The notes under the pieces: generated by a model
Told to the model about the DNA's origin: nothing
Databases searched by the model: none
The model's input: the letters and a program-made list of their open reading frames with translations, nothing else
Shown: positions 13,097-25,700 of the stretch, piece after piece
Position numbering within the stretch: position 1 is the first letter of the stretch
Layout of the letters: each line of letters opens with the position of its first letter
NCBI GenBank assembly: GCA_965113315.1
Contig: OZ220364.1
Source: Podarcis vaucheri
Lineage: Eukaryota
Strand: one strand, 5' to 3'
Length of the DNA stretch: 64,000 nt
Translations under genes and position numbers: made by a program

Positions 13097-16000
13097 TAGT
13101 TAAAACAAATTATAATTTAATGCGAGCAAGCAGTGTAGTGGTTCACACAGCTCAGAAATTCCCCTCACACTTTTCCCTGGTCCAGTTGCATCGTACGTAA
13201 ACTGCCCTGTTTTGTCTCTTGCTTTTTTTTTTTTTTTTTTGTCAGAGACTAAAAGGCTCTCTGGGAAGTAAGAGTGACTGCTTAAAAAACAGCAGTGCTT
13301 CTTAATCCACAATAGTGAACATTTACTCATATAGAATCTCTCTGGATTCATGTTCTAAGCCACCACCCCTTGCAGACTTGGTTGCCCAGACAAACGGCCT
13401 ATTCACAGCCCTTAAGTTTTCCCACTTTTTCTGGGATGAGCATGTATCTCTCAGTGAAAACGTTCCCCTTTATGCTGAGTCCAGCAGTAGCTTAGAATTC
13501 CTTCTTGATTCTTCTGAATTGTATGTAGGAAGAATAACTGCCTTTGTCCTTTGGGCTTAGAGGCACTTGAAGTTTAGTGGTTTTAAAGCCACTTTTCCAC
13601 GTTACAAAACCATTTCTTGTGTACGAAAAGCTGCTAAACAAGCATTAATGCCTTTAGGATCACCAGTGATGATGATGTGTACTAATCTCTGGGGTGTGAT
13701 ACATTGTGATAAAGTGTTGTGTAGGCAGATTTCAGTTCAGCCAGCCTGAATTGGTCCTTGCAATCCTTGTAGGAGTACAGCAGCATGCCTGTTCCTGCAG
13801 TAGAATGAAGTGTTGCAATGAAGTGGTTATCTGCATATAATCTGCCTCTAGCTTTTTAAGCCCCTGTGCCTGAGCATGGTGCAGTTGCATAGCTGGGGGA
13901 ACTGCACGTTCAGTCACAAAGAAGTAGATAACGCTTGTATCTGCAAAACAGCCAACTAAAGGGAGCTGTGCAGTCGTTCTCTCATTTTGTATGTGTTTTA
14001 TTTGCCTGCTGTATCTGAACTCATGTCCCATTCCTAGAGCTATTGTTCTGTACTAGAAGGAACAAATGTTCATGTATATGAGGAATTCCCCCCCCCCCTT
14101 TTTGGAGGATTTGTCTTCACAAAGTGCAGGTATGCTGCCTCTTAAGTGGTCTGTGTTCTTAAAAAGAGGAAATGCTCTCAACTATCAATTACCCAAATAA
14201 ATTTGCAATAATTATGGCCCTTTAAGAACATGGGATTTTCCTCCTCTGTCCCTTTTGGACTTGTGGCAGCTAATAAAGCTGATTTATTGTAGAACTGACA
14301 TTCAGCAATATCTATCTATCATCTGTCTCCAAGTTAGGTTTAATGCAACTAAGTCATTTAAAAAGTTTTTTAAGTCAATATAATTTTACTCTGGTATTAG
14401 TGATGGAATACGTTATTTATTTTATTTAGAATTTTATCCATCTGTCTGCCCCATGTAAAGTGTGGGAGGTGAATTTATTCTTTACATCAGCCTTCATCAA
14501 CCTGATTCCCTCTAGACGTTTTAGACTACAGTTCCCATCAGCCCAAGCCATCAAGGCCAGTGGTCAGGGATGATTAGAGTTGTATGGTCCAACATGAAGT
14601 ATGGTCTTTGCATGAAGAAGGGCACACTGGGAAGGGGAAGCAAAACCCTGTTTCCTCCCTCCCCTTCACTTTGCTGTGCTCCGTTGTTTTAAAGAGATTT
14701 TTGCCCTGCATCCCTTTTCCCCATGTGTTCATTTTACTGTACAGATGACGCCCCACCACACTGTGAATGGGGCATGTGAATGGGTCAAGCACATTGATAC
14801 ATTTAGTTCCTTAAAGGGAAACATGACTTCTAGCCAAAAGAAAAATTATAAAAGTTTCTCCCCACCCACCTCCACCGAATATGAGATAGTGTGAAGATGA
14901 AGATGGAAAAGGCCGTAAGATGGCTTTGGGAAGTGAAAATTGGGCGGGGCAAGCACTGTGATACACATTGGTGTTAGACTGTGAGGAAAAAGAGACTTAG
15001 ATGGAATTGAATATAGAAGAGGAATTACAGATAGATGTGCAAGAAGGGCATTCATTAAGTGGGGAGAATAGTATGGCTTTCAACAGATTCTGTCCTTTGG
15101 TGCTAGCTTAGCTTTTATTTGAGAGACTGTGTCATTTATATCATGTCATGCTTTGCTGTGCCTGAGGGCTTGCATCCCTATCAGAGATCTGAACTTTCTG
15201 GTCTTTGGCAGTTAGAAGGAGCCTGATGAACCAGTTTGGGCTGCTTTGAACACAGCTTTTTCCGCTTTTAACCAGCCTAAAACAAACCCCTTTATTCAGT
15301 TCAGTATACAGTTGAAGTCTTAGGGAGAATGTCACCCTATGCCTTTTTGTTCCTGCTTTGTGTGTCTTTACTGTGGGTTGGCCACTATAAAACTGGCTTT
15401 TTTCTTCCTCTTAAATCTCTCTATTTTGAGGGCCCCTTAATTTGTATCTCCTACTCTCATTGTGTCCTCCTTTCTCTTTCTACCTACTACTACAAGTTCT
15501 AAAGTTATGGACATGGCCTTTCTCCAGCTGTAATAAGTATTGTACATTGATCACACATCAGTAGGCTCCTTTTAAAGGCCCTTGATAGTACATTCTTTCC
15601 CTTGCAATAATTTGAGGAGCAATGAGAGATTTCCCCCTCAGACACTCAATTCCTGAGGCTACGCATTTGCCTTCTGTGTAATTCCAGATTCTGGGGAAGG
15701 CGACTCTAAATGTATTTGCTATGTGACTTGAAAGAATTATTGACAACATCCTTTCTTGTTTCTTTGGAGTTTTGTGGTGTGTTTTGGCATAACAAAAAGT
15801 AAGAGACGAGGGTGATGATCAAAAAGGTTACATTACAGGAATGGGGAAAGGGGCAAAATCTGATAGAGGGGCGTTGTTTGGCCATTGCATGAAAACTTGC
15901 GCTAGAGCTCTAGGCAGTGAACAGAGGATTGACAGGTCAGAGAAAGCAGAAAGTAAGAGCTGCCAGAACTCTGGATTCTGTTCATGGAAGCAAGCATCCT

Positions 16001-19000
16001 CCCAGGCAGTCTTCTTCAACCTGGGGTCCTCCAGATTTGGGCTACAACTTCCATGAGCCCGCACAGCATGGACATTGGCTTGAGATGGTGGCTGCTTCCC
16101 CCACCACCTCCGCCCCAGCTGGATGTGCTTTCTGATGTACGTCTACAGATCAAGCCTCAGAAAGAAATCAAGTGAAAGTAATGCAATAAACTAAAAGCAG
16201 ATGAACAATGTCAGGAGTAATGTAAAAAGACTGTTGCTTTTAGATTATTTTTGTCTGTTTTTGCCCTTTTGTTTTGAAGCATTTTATTTGCTTTCATCTT
16301 TTGCTGATTTTTTATTTATTTAAAAAGTAATTATATATTATGACCGAATTAGTTTTTATTTATACTTTTGTACACTGCCCTGGAATCTTTTAATGAAATA
16401 CTTTAAATTATTATTTTAAAACACTATTAGAGCGCATCAGCCATAAACTACGGACGTAATCCAGATTCAGTGACTTTACCTCCAAAGAGCAGGCAAAAGC
16501 CATGATAGAATGCAGAAAATGAAAGGGAATGGTCAGTGCAGGGCATTTACCCCTTTTTCTTGTCTGAGACCAGCTGTGTTGATCAGCCTTACAGGGAGTT
16601 GTGTATGACTGTAAACTCCGGGATGAATTGGAGTTGAGGGAAAGGAACCTTCCTGGGCAGGACCCCCCCCCCCCCGCCTCCATCCCCAACTACTTTTCCT
16701 ACCCTTCACAGACATGCCCTTTTGGTATATCTAAGAAGGGGAGATTTGGATCATGCCCCTAATCCCTGATATGTATGGTTAAGAAACAGCAACAAAACAG
16801 GTGCCAAGCAACACAATTTCATGGCCTGTCGTACTTTGTGGCCTTTTTCTTTCCCCCAGGATTTTTGTTCTTAAATATTTTTAGTGCTCTTTGGATCTGT
16901 TGTGTAAAGATCATTCTCTGTTTCTACTTTTATTGTATGTTGGATTATTTTTCCTTATTGCATTTTCATATTTTATGGCTTCATTTTTCTTCCCATGTAA
17001 AACCACCCTGAGAACCTTTGTTATTGGGCAGTTTGTAAACACTGAAGATTTAAAAAGAAAAGAAATTTGACTTCCAATGCATATTTATTTGAAACTGCCA
17101 GAAGTAACTCTGGTTTTTAGGCTTGTATAGTCATGGAAGTCATCCCAAAATAGGAATTGCCAGCCTTTTTGAGTCTCTGGTCACATTTGGAGAAACTTTC
17201 CTGGGGGCTGCATGTACCACAACAAGCACATACCTCAACCTCTTCTATTGACTACAACAAAATACTTACTTCAAACCTAATTTCAGTGGGGGAAGGAATG
17301 AGAGAGGAGACACCGCAGGCATCCAGGAAGGCCTATTGAATTCATAGGGAGTTGGTCTATTCAGCATGGCTACTAACTGTGACAGATTGGAGCTTCCATT
17401 TTTCTATCTCTGAATGCTAGGTGCTGGGAATAAACAGCAGAAGAAGCCTCTACCTTCATGTCCTTGTAAATTTTCCAGAGCCATCGGGTTGGTTGCTGAC
17501 GCAAAGCAGATTACATGGCTAGATGGCTCTTTGATGACCATGTTCTTCTAACCTGAAACCAACCCTGGAGGAAAGACTGGATGGGGGAGTGGATTGATTT
17601 AGATGGTGTTTCCCCCTCTAAGCCACCTTCCTCCACTGACACATGACTCACCCAGGGGTTGTGCTGGTATGCTTTCTCTTTCTCTGACTGCAGGCCAAGC
17701 AGAATGAACATGAACTGAGGGACAACACAAAGGGTGGAGGGGAGAACAGTTAGCCAAAGTGCTTACTTTTTCTGCAACCATCTCTCCCTCTCTGTCCTCC
17801 TTCAGTCTTCCAAGCAGAGGTGACCAGCATGAGCCCTGCTGTGAGAAAGTCAAATGGCAGCAGGGCAGGGTTGGACATAGTGCTTAGAGACACTGCTTTA
17901 ACCATTCAGCTCCCTTCGTGGGTCTTGAGAGCCCAAGATCAGAATTTGCTTTAGACGCAGATCTTTAATTCCTGAACTGCGCACAGGTGACAAACGGACA
18001 GGAGGTGACTTTAATCACCTGTATCTTTAGAGGTGCTTTAATCCCCTTCTCTTGGTTGGTATCATTGTGTATGTGGTTTCAATACATTTGCCGTATATAC
18101 ATCTAATAAAGATGTTTTTTAATATTTTTAATTTAAGTGTAAATTACAAAATCACATATATGTCATCTGCACAATTTTAAAAATCTACAAATAGGACCTA
18201 ATTATAAGACATTACCCATTTACTGTGGTTTCTATAACATCATTTATAAATAATCCAAATTCAGTTAAAACTGTCAATAACTTAAGATAAATATAGAAAT
18301 TGAAATATGTATCATAGTAAACATCTATATATTGCAGGAGAAAGTTTCTTTATTGTCCCGTAGCTCTGTAAGAGAGATTTCTTCTTGGCAGGCATCATTA
18401 GAAGTAAACCTGGCATAGTTCATTTGGACAAATGGCTGTGTCCATTATTTTTTCCAGATTTGTCCTGTCATTGCCAAGCTAACAGCACTGTGATGATACA
18501 CAGAGCAAAGTTTAGAGAAAGAGGCCCTGCCTATGGGGATTGGCTGAATGGTGGAATGCCCTGTCATCGTGACTGAAGAACAAACAAATAGGGTCACCCT
18601 CTCCTTAAGCCCTCCTCCCAATACTATTAGTCTATCGTTTTGTGGCATTTCTTGCCTGCTTTTTCCGTGGTGATTCAGCATGGAGTCAGAATGTAGAGAA
18701 TGTTTGCTTTAATTCATCAGTAAATACCAACCCTGCCCCTTTTAGTTACACCCTTAACACTTGCGGCTTCCCTCCCTCAGGGCAGGTTATTGCTTTTTAG
18801 AGACTGCTTTTGAAGAACATGAAGTACTGGCAGGGATATCCAATAATATTTCAAAACCTGTCCGAAAACCAGAGAATTGTGGTCTCTCAGCGAACAATAA
18901 TTAAACAGTTTACACTTAACAGTTACAATAAAGAATTACCAAATTATAATCAATAAAAATATTGGCAAGTCACAATCCATAAAATACTCCAAAACCATGT

Positions 19001-20019
19001 AAAAGGATCAAATTGAGAAACATGGGATTGCAAGCCATCCTGAAATTGTTTTGATGAAGGCGTGATGTATAGGTTCTCAACTAAAAAAATATGAAGAGAT
19101 AAATTAGCCCAATGGAACAGCAGTTGCTGGCAGAGACAATGGGTGAAATAAAGCTTCTTGGTTGAGAGGGCTGCTTGACCCATCTTTTCCCCAGCCAGGG
19201 ACAAGGCAACTAGTTATTTTCATTGTCCTTTTCTTCCCTGGGCATTCCTTCACTGCCAGAGCAACCACAACCTTCCTCCCTTTGGGTGCCTGGCAGCTCA
19301 ACAGCCAGCCAGTAAACTATTGTTAATCAGGGAGGGTGCCTGGCAGACTGACTATGTGGACAGTAGGCGTGTCTTGAGTTGTGAGAGAGAAAGTGGAAAA
19401 GACTCCTTTCCTCTTTAAAATCACATTGCCCCCTGTGTGGGGCTGCGGGGGGGGGATAAACTGTTTCTCTCTCATTTAGTGCCATTTTCAGTGTTTCTCT
19501 GCTGCTCTTCTAAAGACTCCAGCAGGTAGTAACAGCAGATGGTTCTAGACAGCAGCAGCAACAAAAAGCATTAAAAACATTTTTTTTAAAAAAAAAATAT
19601 GATACCATAAACTAGGGTAGCTGAGCTCCAACAACGACGAAAAGTTTTTGTTTAGTTCTTATCGATAGGAAGACCTAATGAGAACAATAATGCATGTAGA
19701 CTTGCCTTCCCTGAAGAGAACATGTAGGCAAAATCTGTGGTTTATCCTATGTTAATGCAGAAACACCACCAGTAAGAATTCGGTAAGTTGCCCCTTTTTC
19801 TGAGTTGAAGCGTTAGAGAGAGAGATGAAGGCAAAAGAAATAATAATGAAGCCAGCGGATGATATCCAGTGTTAGCCATCCTCACAGCAGACCCGTTGAA
19901 ATCAGTGGCCTGAGTATGACTTAATTGGAGATCACACAGTGAGTATAGTGGATGATCTGTAAGGCAGGATATCCTGTTCAGCCATAATTCTCCCCATGAC
20001 GTTTTGGTCTAAATTGCTA

Positions 20020-20130
20020 TCTTTCAGCCTAGCCCAACTCACAGGGTTGTTGTGATAATTTAAGATGGGGAAGAAGGGAACCCATGTATACCACCTCAAG
20101 TTTTGGAGGAAAGGTGTGATATAAATTAGA
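20020..20130 (+). mobile_element. Squam3-like SINE 3' half
   Basis: tcagcctagcccaactcacagggttgttgtg...ggaggaaaggtgtgatataaat, homologous to the 3' part of 333-541. Confidence 0.6.
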
Positions 20131-20292
20131 TAGACAGATAGATAGATAGGTAGGTAGGTCATTTTGGAGTTCAGGTGTGCATATACATGTGTGTGTAGAA
20201 ATACTGCCAAATACTGTCTGGGGTGTTTAAATTAAATTAGCCTTCCAGAGTGGCTGGGTCAACCCAGTCAGATGGACAGGGTACAACTAATA

Positions 20293-20510
20293 CAGTGGTA
20301 CCTCGGGTTACATACGCTTCAGGTTACAGACTCCGCTAACCCAGAAATAGTACCTCGGGTAAAGAACTTTGCTTCAGGATGAGAACAGAAATTGTGCTCC
20401 GGCGGCAGCAGGAGGCCCCATTAGCTAAAGTGCTGCTTCAGGTTAGGAATAGTTTCAGGTTGAGAACGGACCTCCGGAACGAATTAAGTGCTTAACCCGT
20501 GGTACCACTG
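20293..20510 (+). mobile_element. Tc1/mariner (Tigger-like) MITE, inserted in a LINE-like tail
   Basis: TIRs CAGTGGTACCTCGGGTTA / TAACCCGTGGTACCACTG with TA flanks; reverse-complement sister copy at 32386-32618. Confidence 0.9.
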
Positions 20511-20603
20511 TATAGTATAGTATAATATAGTATAGTATGGTATGGTATGGTATGGTATAGTATAGTATAGTATAGTATAGTATAGTATAGTATAGTACAG
20601 TAC
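20511..20603. repeat. (TATAG)n/(TATGG)n pentanucleotide microsatellite
   Basis: Starts at the MITE's TA flank and ends about 36 nt before the exon 3 acceptor. Confidence 0.95.
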
Positions 20604-20639
20604 AATTAACTAACTTGTCTCCATATGTGTCTTTTCTAG

Positions 20640-20712
20640 TTTCTGTCTGCTGCTGTTTCTTCATATTGTTTCTCTTCCTGTCTGAGCTTACTGGATTCAT
20701 AGCCACTGAAAT
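20640..20712 (+). CDS. ERGIC1: ERGIC1 coding exon 3 (first transmembrane segment)
   Basis: Branch point-like aactaac 20608-20614, cttttctag|TT...GAAAT|gtaagt; encodes (I)SVCCCFFILFLFLSELTGFIATE(I); 73 nt. Confidence 0.97.
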
Positions 20713-20949
20713 GTAAGTACAAACTATAGCTGTTGGCAATTTCCCTCATGTTAAAAAGTGATCGGTTAAATAATAATTCAGTTTGCAGTTATGTTATATC
20801 TAAAACTGTGTTAAGGTAGGGCTGCCATACATCCAAGAATCGGGCTGCAAAAATGATATCCAGGTAGATTTTTGCTGACGGGGGACAAGCAGTCCTTACC
20901 TGACATGGTAAGCCTGAGGTTATCCAGGGAATGGAGAAGCTCCGATGAT

Positions 20950-21100
20950 GGTATCAGTTGCTGGAAACCACAGAAGAGGAGAGTGCTCTTGGGCTTGAAT
21001 CCCAGTTGCTGGTTTCCCACAGGCATCTGTTCAGTCCCTGTGAGAGCAGGATGCTGGACTAGATGGGTCATTGACCTTATCTAGCAGGCTTTTCTAATGT
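20950..21100 (+). mobile_element. CR1-type LINE 3' end fragment
   Basis: gatgctggactagatgggtcattgacc...agcaggcttttctaatgt resembles a squamate CR1 terminus; related fragments near 17400-17550 and 53785-53838. Confidence 0.6.
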
Positions 21101-21101
21101 A

Positions 21102-21353
21102 CAGTGGTACCTTGGTTTACGAACTTAATCCGTTCCAGAAGTCCGTTCTTAAACCAAAGCATTCTTAAACCAAGACGTGCTTTCCTATAGCAACGGGGGA
21201 CTCAATTTACAAAAGGAACACACTCAACAGGAAGCGGAACATGTTCTACTTCCAAGGCAAAGTTCACAAACCAAAACACCTACTTCCGGTTTTGCATCGT
21301 TCTTAATCAAAGTTGTTCATAAGCTAAGCTGTTCTTAAACCAAGGTACCACTG
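21102..21353. mobile_element. Tc1/mariner (Tigger-like) MITE
   Basis: TIRs CAGTGGTACCTTGGTTTA / TAAACCAAGGTACCACTG with TA flanks. Confidence 0.9.
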
Positions 21354-22443
21354 TACTCCCTAATTTTGTCTCATGCCATGCCCCCATGGCAGCCATTTTG
21401 TGACTGCTGCCCACAGCACTTTCTCAAAATTCAACAGGTGCCTACTGGTTCAAAACGGTTGCTAACTCCTGGATTAGGCAAACCCATTGTCTGATAAAGA
21501 TGTGTGTTGCTGACACAAACTTTTTGTCTATCTGGAGGGGTGTGTGATATTTTCTGAAATTCAGAAGGAGGGAGGAAAACATCAGACTTGAAGTTGAATC
21601 AGAAGTGCTGGAGTTTGGTATTCTGAAGCAGGGTTTGACAGTTAATTCAATGTAGATTATTTTACTTAACAGATGACCTTAGTCTTGTTGGATATATTTT
21701 GAGGGTCAACATATCTGGGGACAGTACAGGCTTATTGAAACTGAATTATCAATCAATCATGTTGAAAAACCGAGAGAAACACTGGAGTAAAAAATAATAT
21801 ATTCTGGTTGACAAGGATAGATAGGCTGAAAGCAGAAGAACACTTCTGTCCTATTAGGTCCTTCTTCAATATTTCTGGTGGCTGGGAATTGGGCATATAG
21901 TTTTGATGTTGATCATGGGTTATAGAATACTGCCAAATGTGGCTGTTCTGCAGTAACATACATATTGTAATAAATTATTTGAAATATGTATTTTTTTTAA
22001 CCCAAACAAAAACTAAACCCCAAATCATGTTAGTTCTTTATATTTTAATTTGTTGACTTCCACCTTCAAGTTCTCTTCCTACAAAACCAAAATTAGGTTC
22101 CACAGTGACATTTAACATAAATGAATCCATCATGGGTAACACGTTACTCACTGGCATTCAGTCCTTATCATGATGAGTTCACTTTGTTTCCCGTGACACA
22201 TAATTCTTTGGCTATTAGGCATTGATGAATTTTCCTAGAAAAGAGCACTTGAAGGGATAAACTGTGATGTCAAGCCTCTGAGAGATCCTACTCATTTGGG
22301 GCTTGATTATGGCTGAAATAAATACAGGAAGAAGGTGCTGTACTGTATGTTTTTCTGATTTCCAAATAAATACTGCATTTTATTTTTATTTTGTATTTGT
22401 ATAATAGTGTGTTTCAGAGGTGATACTGCTTTTTGGTTTTCAA

Positions 22444-22796
22444 GTAAAGGTAAAGGGACCCCTGACCATTAGGTCCAGTTGTGGCCGACTCTGGGGTTGC
22501 AGCGCTCATCTCGCTTTATTGGCCGGAGGAGCCGGCATACAGCTTCCGGGTCACGTGGCCAGCATGACTAAGCCGCTTCTGGCGAACCAGAGCAGCACAC
22601 GGAAACGTCGTTTACTTTCCTGCCGGAGCGGTACCTATTTATCTACTTGCACTTTGACGTGCTTTCGAACTGCTAGGTTGGCAGGAGCAGGGACCGAGCA
22701 ACTGGAGCTCACCCCGTCACGGGGATTCGAACCACCGACTTTCTGATTGGCACGTCCTAGGCTTTGTGGTTTAACCCACAGCGCCACCTGCGTCCC
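22444..22796 (-). mobile_element. Sauria SINE, full length
   Basis: Reverse complement begins GGGACGCAGGTGGCGCTGTGGGTTAAACCAC, B-box GGTTCGAATCC, ends ggtcaggggtccctttacctttac. Confidence 0.95.
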
Positions 22797-25700
22797 ATCC
22801 TATTCTTAGTCCCAGTTTAATGAAGTTCCAGCATATAATGTAACAAACTGCATTGGATATGTTTTGAAGGCAGTTGAAAGTAAGTGTGAGGCTGAGCTTG
22901 GCATCTGGTAATTTGGCTCCGAGACAAAAAGGCAGCATCTAGGAATTTGGCAGATCTATTGTAGTTGTCGCTGGGCACATTTTACTGCATGTCCCTCTAG
23001 GAAACCTTGGCATTTTATTGGTACATATGATCTTTTTGCAACTGGAATGAAAATTGGAAAGACTAACGAGTATATTGTAGTTTGGAATATCAGCCTTGGG
23101 AGCAACACATACCAATCCCCCGACTCATTCCGTGTCTCACATCTGTAGGAAGAAAGGAGAAAGCACAATGACCGATATCACGAGAGTATTGTGAGGCTTG
23201 GCTAATATAAGGCACTTGTAGAAAACAGTAAGGATAGATCGTTACTTGGCCTAGTATTGTTACCCTGCAGGCTTTCTGCTCTGCCTTTCGCAACAGTGTA
23301 ATCTTCCCCAGGCAAATTTTTCTTTCATATCGCTAATCAAAAAGTTAGGCTTGTTCATAGTTCAAATTATTATGCAGTTGTGCACTGAGGAAACTCAACC
23401 TGCTTTGCCGGTACTGGCTATTATATTGCGACTCCGTTGGTGTGTTTGTTATTGTGCAATCAAAGAAGACATTCCCCCAAAGCAACACTGTTGTGAAGTG
23501 TGGTAATGTGGGAATAGCTACGCTATTGCGAGATCCAGAGGTTTAAGCCAGAGGCATGTATAGGCCACCGATTGTTGAATGCTAGTCATTTGTAAACTCC
23601 ACACATGGAATTCTGTTTTCCTGGCCCCAAGCAATGGATTTCCTTGGAAATTATATTGGCTGAATCTCAATTTTACCTGGTGTGATGCCTGCCCTCCCCC
23701 AATAATTTAATGTTATCTGGTGCTCAGATACTCTTGTGAATGTGGATTGGCCCACAAGGGTTAAAACACAATGTACAAATGCAGCAGGCTTTGTGCAGAA
23801 AGGTCAAAAGTATTGTGGAGATGTATAAGGCTTCTTAGTGTAAGTAGAACAAGCATGAAAAATGTTTCAGCCCCAGGTAAATGTGCAGCAGGGATGCCAA
23901 AAGTCTCGAAGAAGGATGCTAGGATACCACTTCTCAAAACAAAGCTTCTTTGTTAACAGCACTGAGAGCCTTTGAGCTGAAAAATGGGATAAGAAATGTT
24001 CTAAATATAACTAAATAAAACCTGGCAGATTTTGGTATGGCCCACATAATTTTTGGAGTAGGATTGAGATCTGCTAGAACCCATGCTATTTGATCTGGAG
24101 TCTGCTTTTGCTCACTTCACTGGTACTGATCTTAACAACCACATATTCTCTGCATCCACTGTAGGAAGCATAGGGCATAACTCTACCAACAATACTTAGA
24201 TAGTATGCTTTTGAGCCTGAGCCCCTGCAGAATTATGTTTGCCCCATTTTCTTATTGCAGTAAAAATTAAAGTTTACTTATGGCATGATTTCCCTTCTCT
24301 CCATTGTGCATGTCCTTGAATGGGTTTCAACTCCATTAGTAACTTTTAAGATAACATTATTTCTATAAGCACCTAGTAGTTTGTATCTGAAAGGATATGG
24401 TAATGCACTAGGGCTCCAGTTGTTTAACCCCTGGCTCTGCTGCAATACTATTCTGGTTGACTAGCATTTATCTAGCTTTCAGAATGGGGATTAAGTGTCG
24501 TATGTGAACTCCTTTAAAAGAGTAGAGCTGTTAAAAGTAGGCTATTTGCTGGTAGGTATTGGTTGAGCTCCCCTTTCTGTGTCCTGCTCACCCAAAGCCT
24601 ACAAATTTATATGGGACAGGAGAAAGTAAGTGATGGTGACCGTCACTTGACCTCTACCTCTTCAGTGAACTCCCTGACCTTTGGCGCCTCCACCTTCTTC
24701 TACCCAGATAAATTTTGGTGCTTGCGGGTGAAGGAAGCTGAGTAGCAACAGCAGGCACTTCACATATCCATTTGATGTGTGATTGCGTGGAGTGTGTTTA
24801 AAGGATCAGTCCTCTCTGGAGTGAACATACATTGGGGGACATTAATGCATCCTTACCAGAAGTGGTATCCACTGATGAATCTCTGAAATGGTAACCCTGT
24901 ATGCCTTACTAAGGGGAGGTAGAAATTGACAGATATTTCAATAGGGCTTTGTTAAAAGAATTTATTCTTTTGTTGTTACACTTAAATCTAACTTTTCTTC
25001 CAGGAAACGCAGAGTGGTGTGCATAGGGTTCCCAAGTAATCTCTTATCCAGACATTGACCAAACCTAAATCCTGGTTCTCTGAGGGTAGAAAGTAGGATG
25101 ACCGGATCAGTCAGAGTTCAGTATGTCTTGCTTTTGTGTGTCTGTTCTGTCCCATTTCCATATTAATTTGTTTTTCCTTTTCTAAATCTGCACACAATCC
25201 TACTATCAAACTACCTGCAATTTTACAAAGTGCTCTAAGGGCTGTTTTTTAAAAACAAAAACTATTCATTTGTTTTATTTAAAAATAACAACAACAGCAA
25301 CAGATAATAACTCCAAATAGTTAGAAATGCAACTGCTGGGGTCTCAGGGATCCCATGAGGGTCAGCTATCCTTTTTTTCCCTTACAAGTTTCGACTGGTG
25401 AACCCACTTCGGAATACCGCCCCCCTCCATCCCTAGTAGAAAGCAAACTCTCCTATTAAATATTCCTGTTTTTTCTAATTGCCCCGGAGCTGAGATTAAA
25501 TACCAAAATTTTGAAAGGATCAAAGTGAAAGATTTTGATTGAAGGTTTCTAAAAACGTATTTGTGAGCGTGTTCCAAAGGAAACGTTTTCCTTCAGAGCT
25601 ATTATTTTCCATTGACATGTAAAAAAAACCCTCACAAGGATGATGATGAGCGCTCTGACTCCAAGGACGGATAAAGGAAATGAGGTCAATGTTCCACATT

